From: an uncultured Streptococcus sp.
GTDB lineage: Bacteria; Bacillota; Bacilli; Lactobacillales; Streptococcaceae
Direction: 5' to 3'
NCBI GenBank assembly: GCA_963522215.1
Contig: CAUQXM010000003.1
Location: 306 to 64,305, forward strand
Length of the DNA stretch: 64,000 nucleotides
Shown: positions 63,745 through 64,000 of the stretch, in pieces
Layout of the letters: every line of letters starts with the position of its first letter
Numbering within the stretch: the stretch's first letter is position 1
Position numbers and translations under genes: made by a program
The notes under the pieces: generated by a model
Told to the model about the DNA's origin: nothing
Database searches by the model: none
The model's input: only the letters and a program-made list of their open reading frames with translations

Positions 63745-64000
63745 CCATACAGATTCTAAACTGTATGGTTCTTTTTTTATCTAACCAAGAAAGGTTAAAA
63801 CTTATTAAAACACATGCAATCAACTGTTGAAAACTTTTTAGTCCGTGTAATATAAAAACAAGTAAAAAGTTGAACTATAGGGAATATTGTGTCATAATAG
63901 GTAATAGATGAATAATTAATAGATTGGAAATAATGCTTTCTTACCTTAACAAGTTGAATTGGTTATACATTTTTTCGTCGCAATTGTGTCTATCTCTCGA

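Overview
64 kb of a mitis-group Streptococcus chromosome (S. mitis/pseudopneumoniae-like; protein sequences, gene order and RUP/BOX repeats resemble the pneumococcal tacL-egtU-czcD-gal-xpt-pfbA-trp-mga-sus region). Homologies are recognised from memory; no searches were run. Most genes are conserved housekeeping or carbohydrate genes. Five things stand out. (1) At 4.5-9.8 kb the native pnuC leader (NAD+-II riboswitch plus Rex-like and NiaR-like boxes) now directly precedes a GC-richer, four-gene QrtT/MtaT-like ECF transporter. That cassette is followed by lactococcal-type plasmid debris and then only the 3' half of pnuC, so an NAD regulatory leader appears to have been captured by a foreign nucleoside-type importer. 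(2) An AT-rich 27.4-40.6 kb locus (pfbA, PP2C-like, PhoU-like, galT2, galE2, 2H phosphoesterase, AfuABC-like ABC transporter, MgtC, LacI) has two matching operators and no galK, suggesting scavenging of galactose-phosphate from phosphodiester-linked glycans. (3) An extra trpB paralogue sits between two serial Trp T-boxes. (4) A multi-helix structured element lies inside the xpt leader. (5) Degenerate att-like repeats, one with a tRNA 3' end, bracket the sucrose/FOS and Rrf2 clusters. No rRNA, complete tRNA, CRISPR array or intact transposase/integrase was seen.
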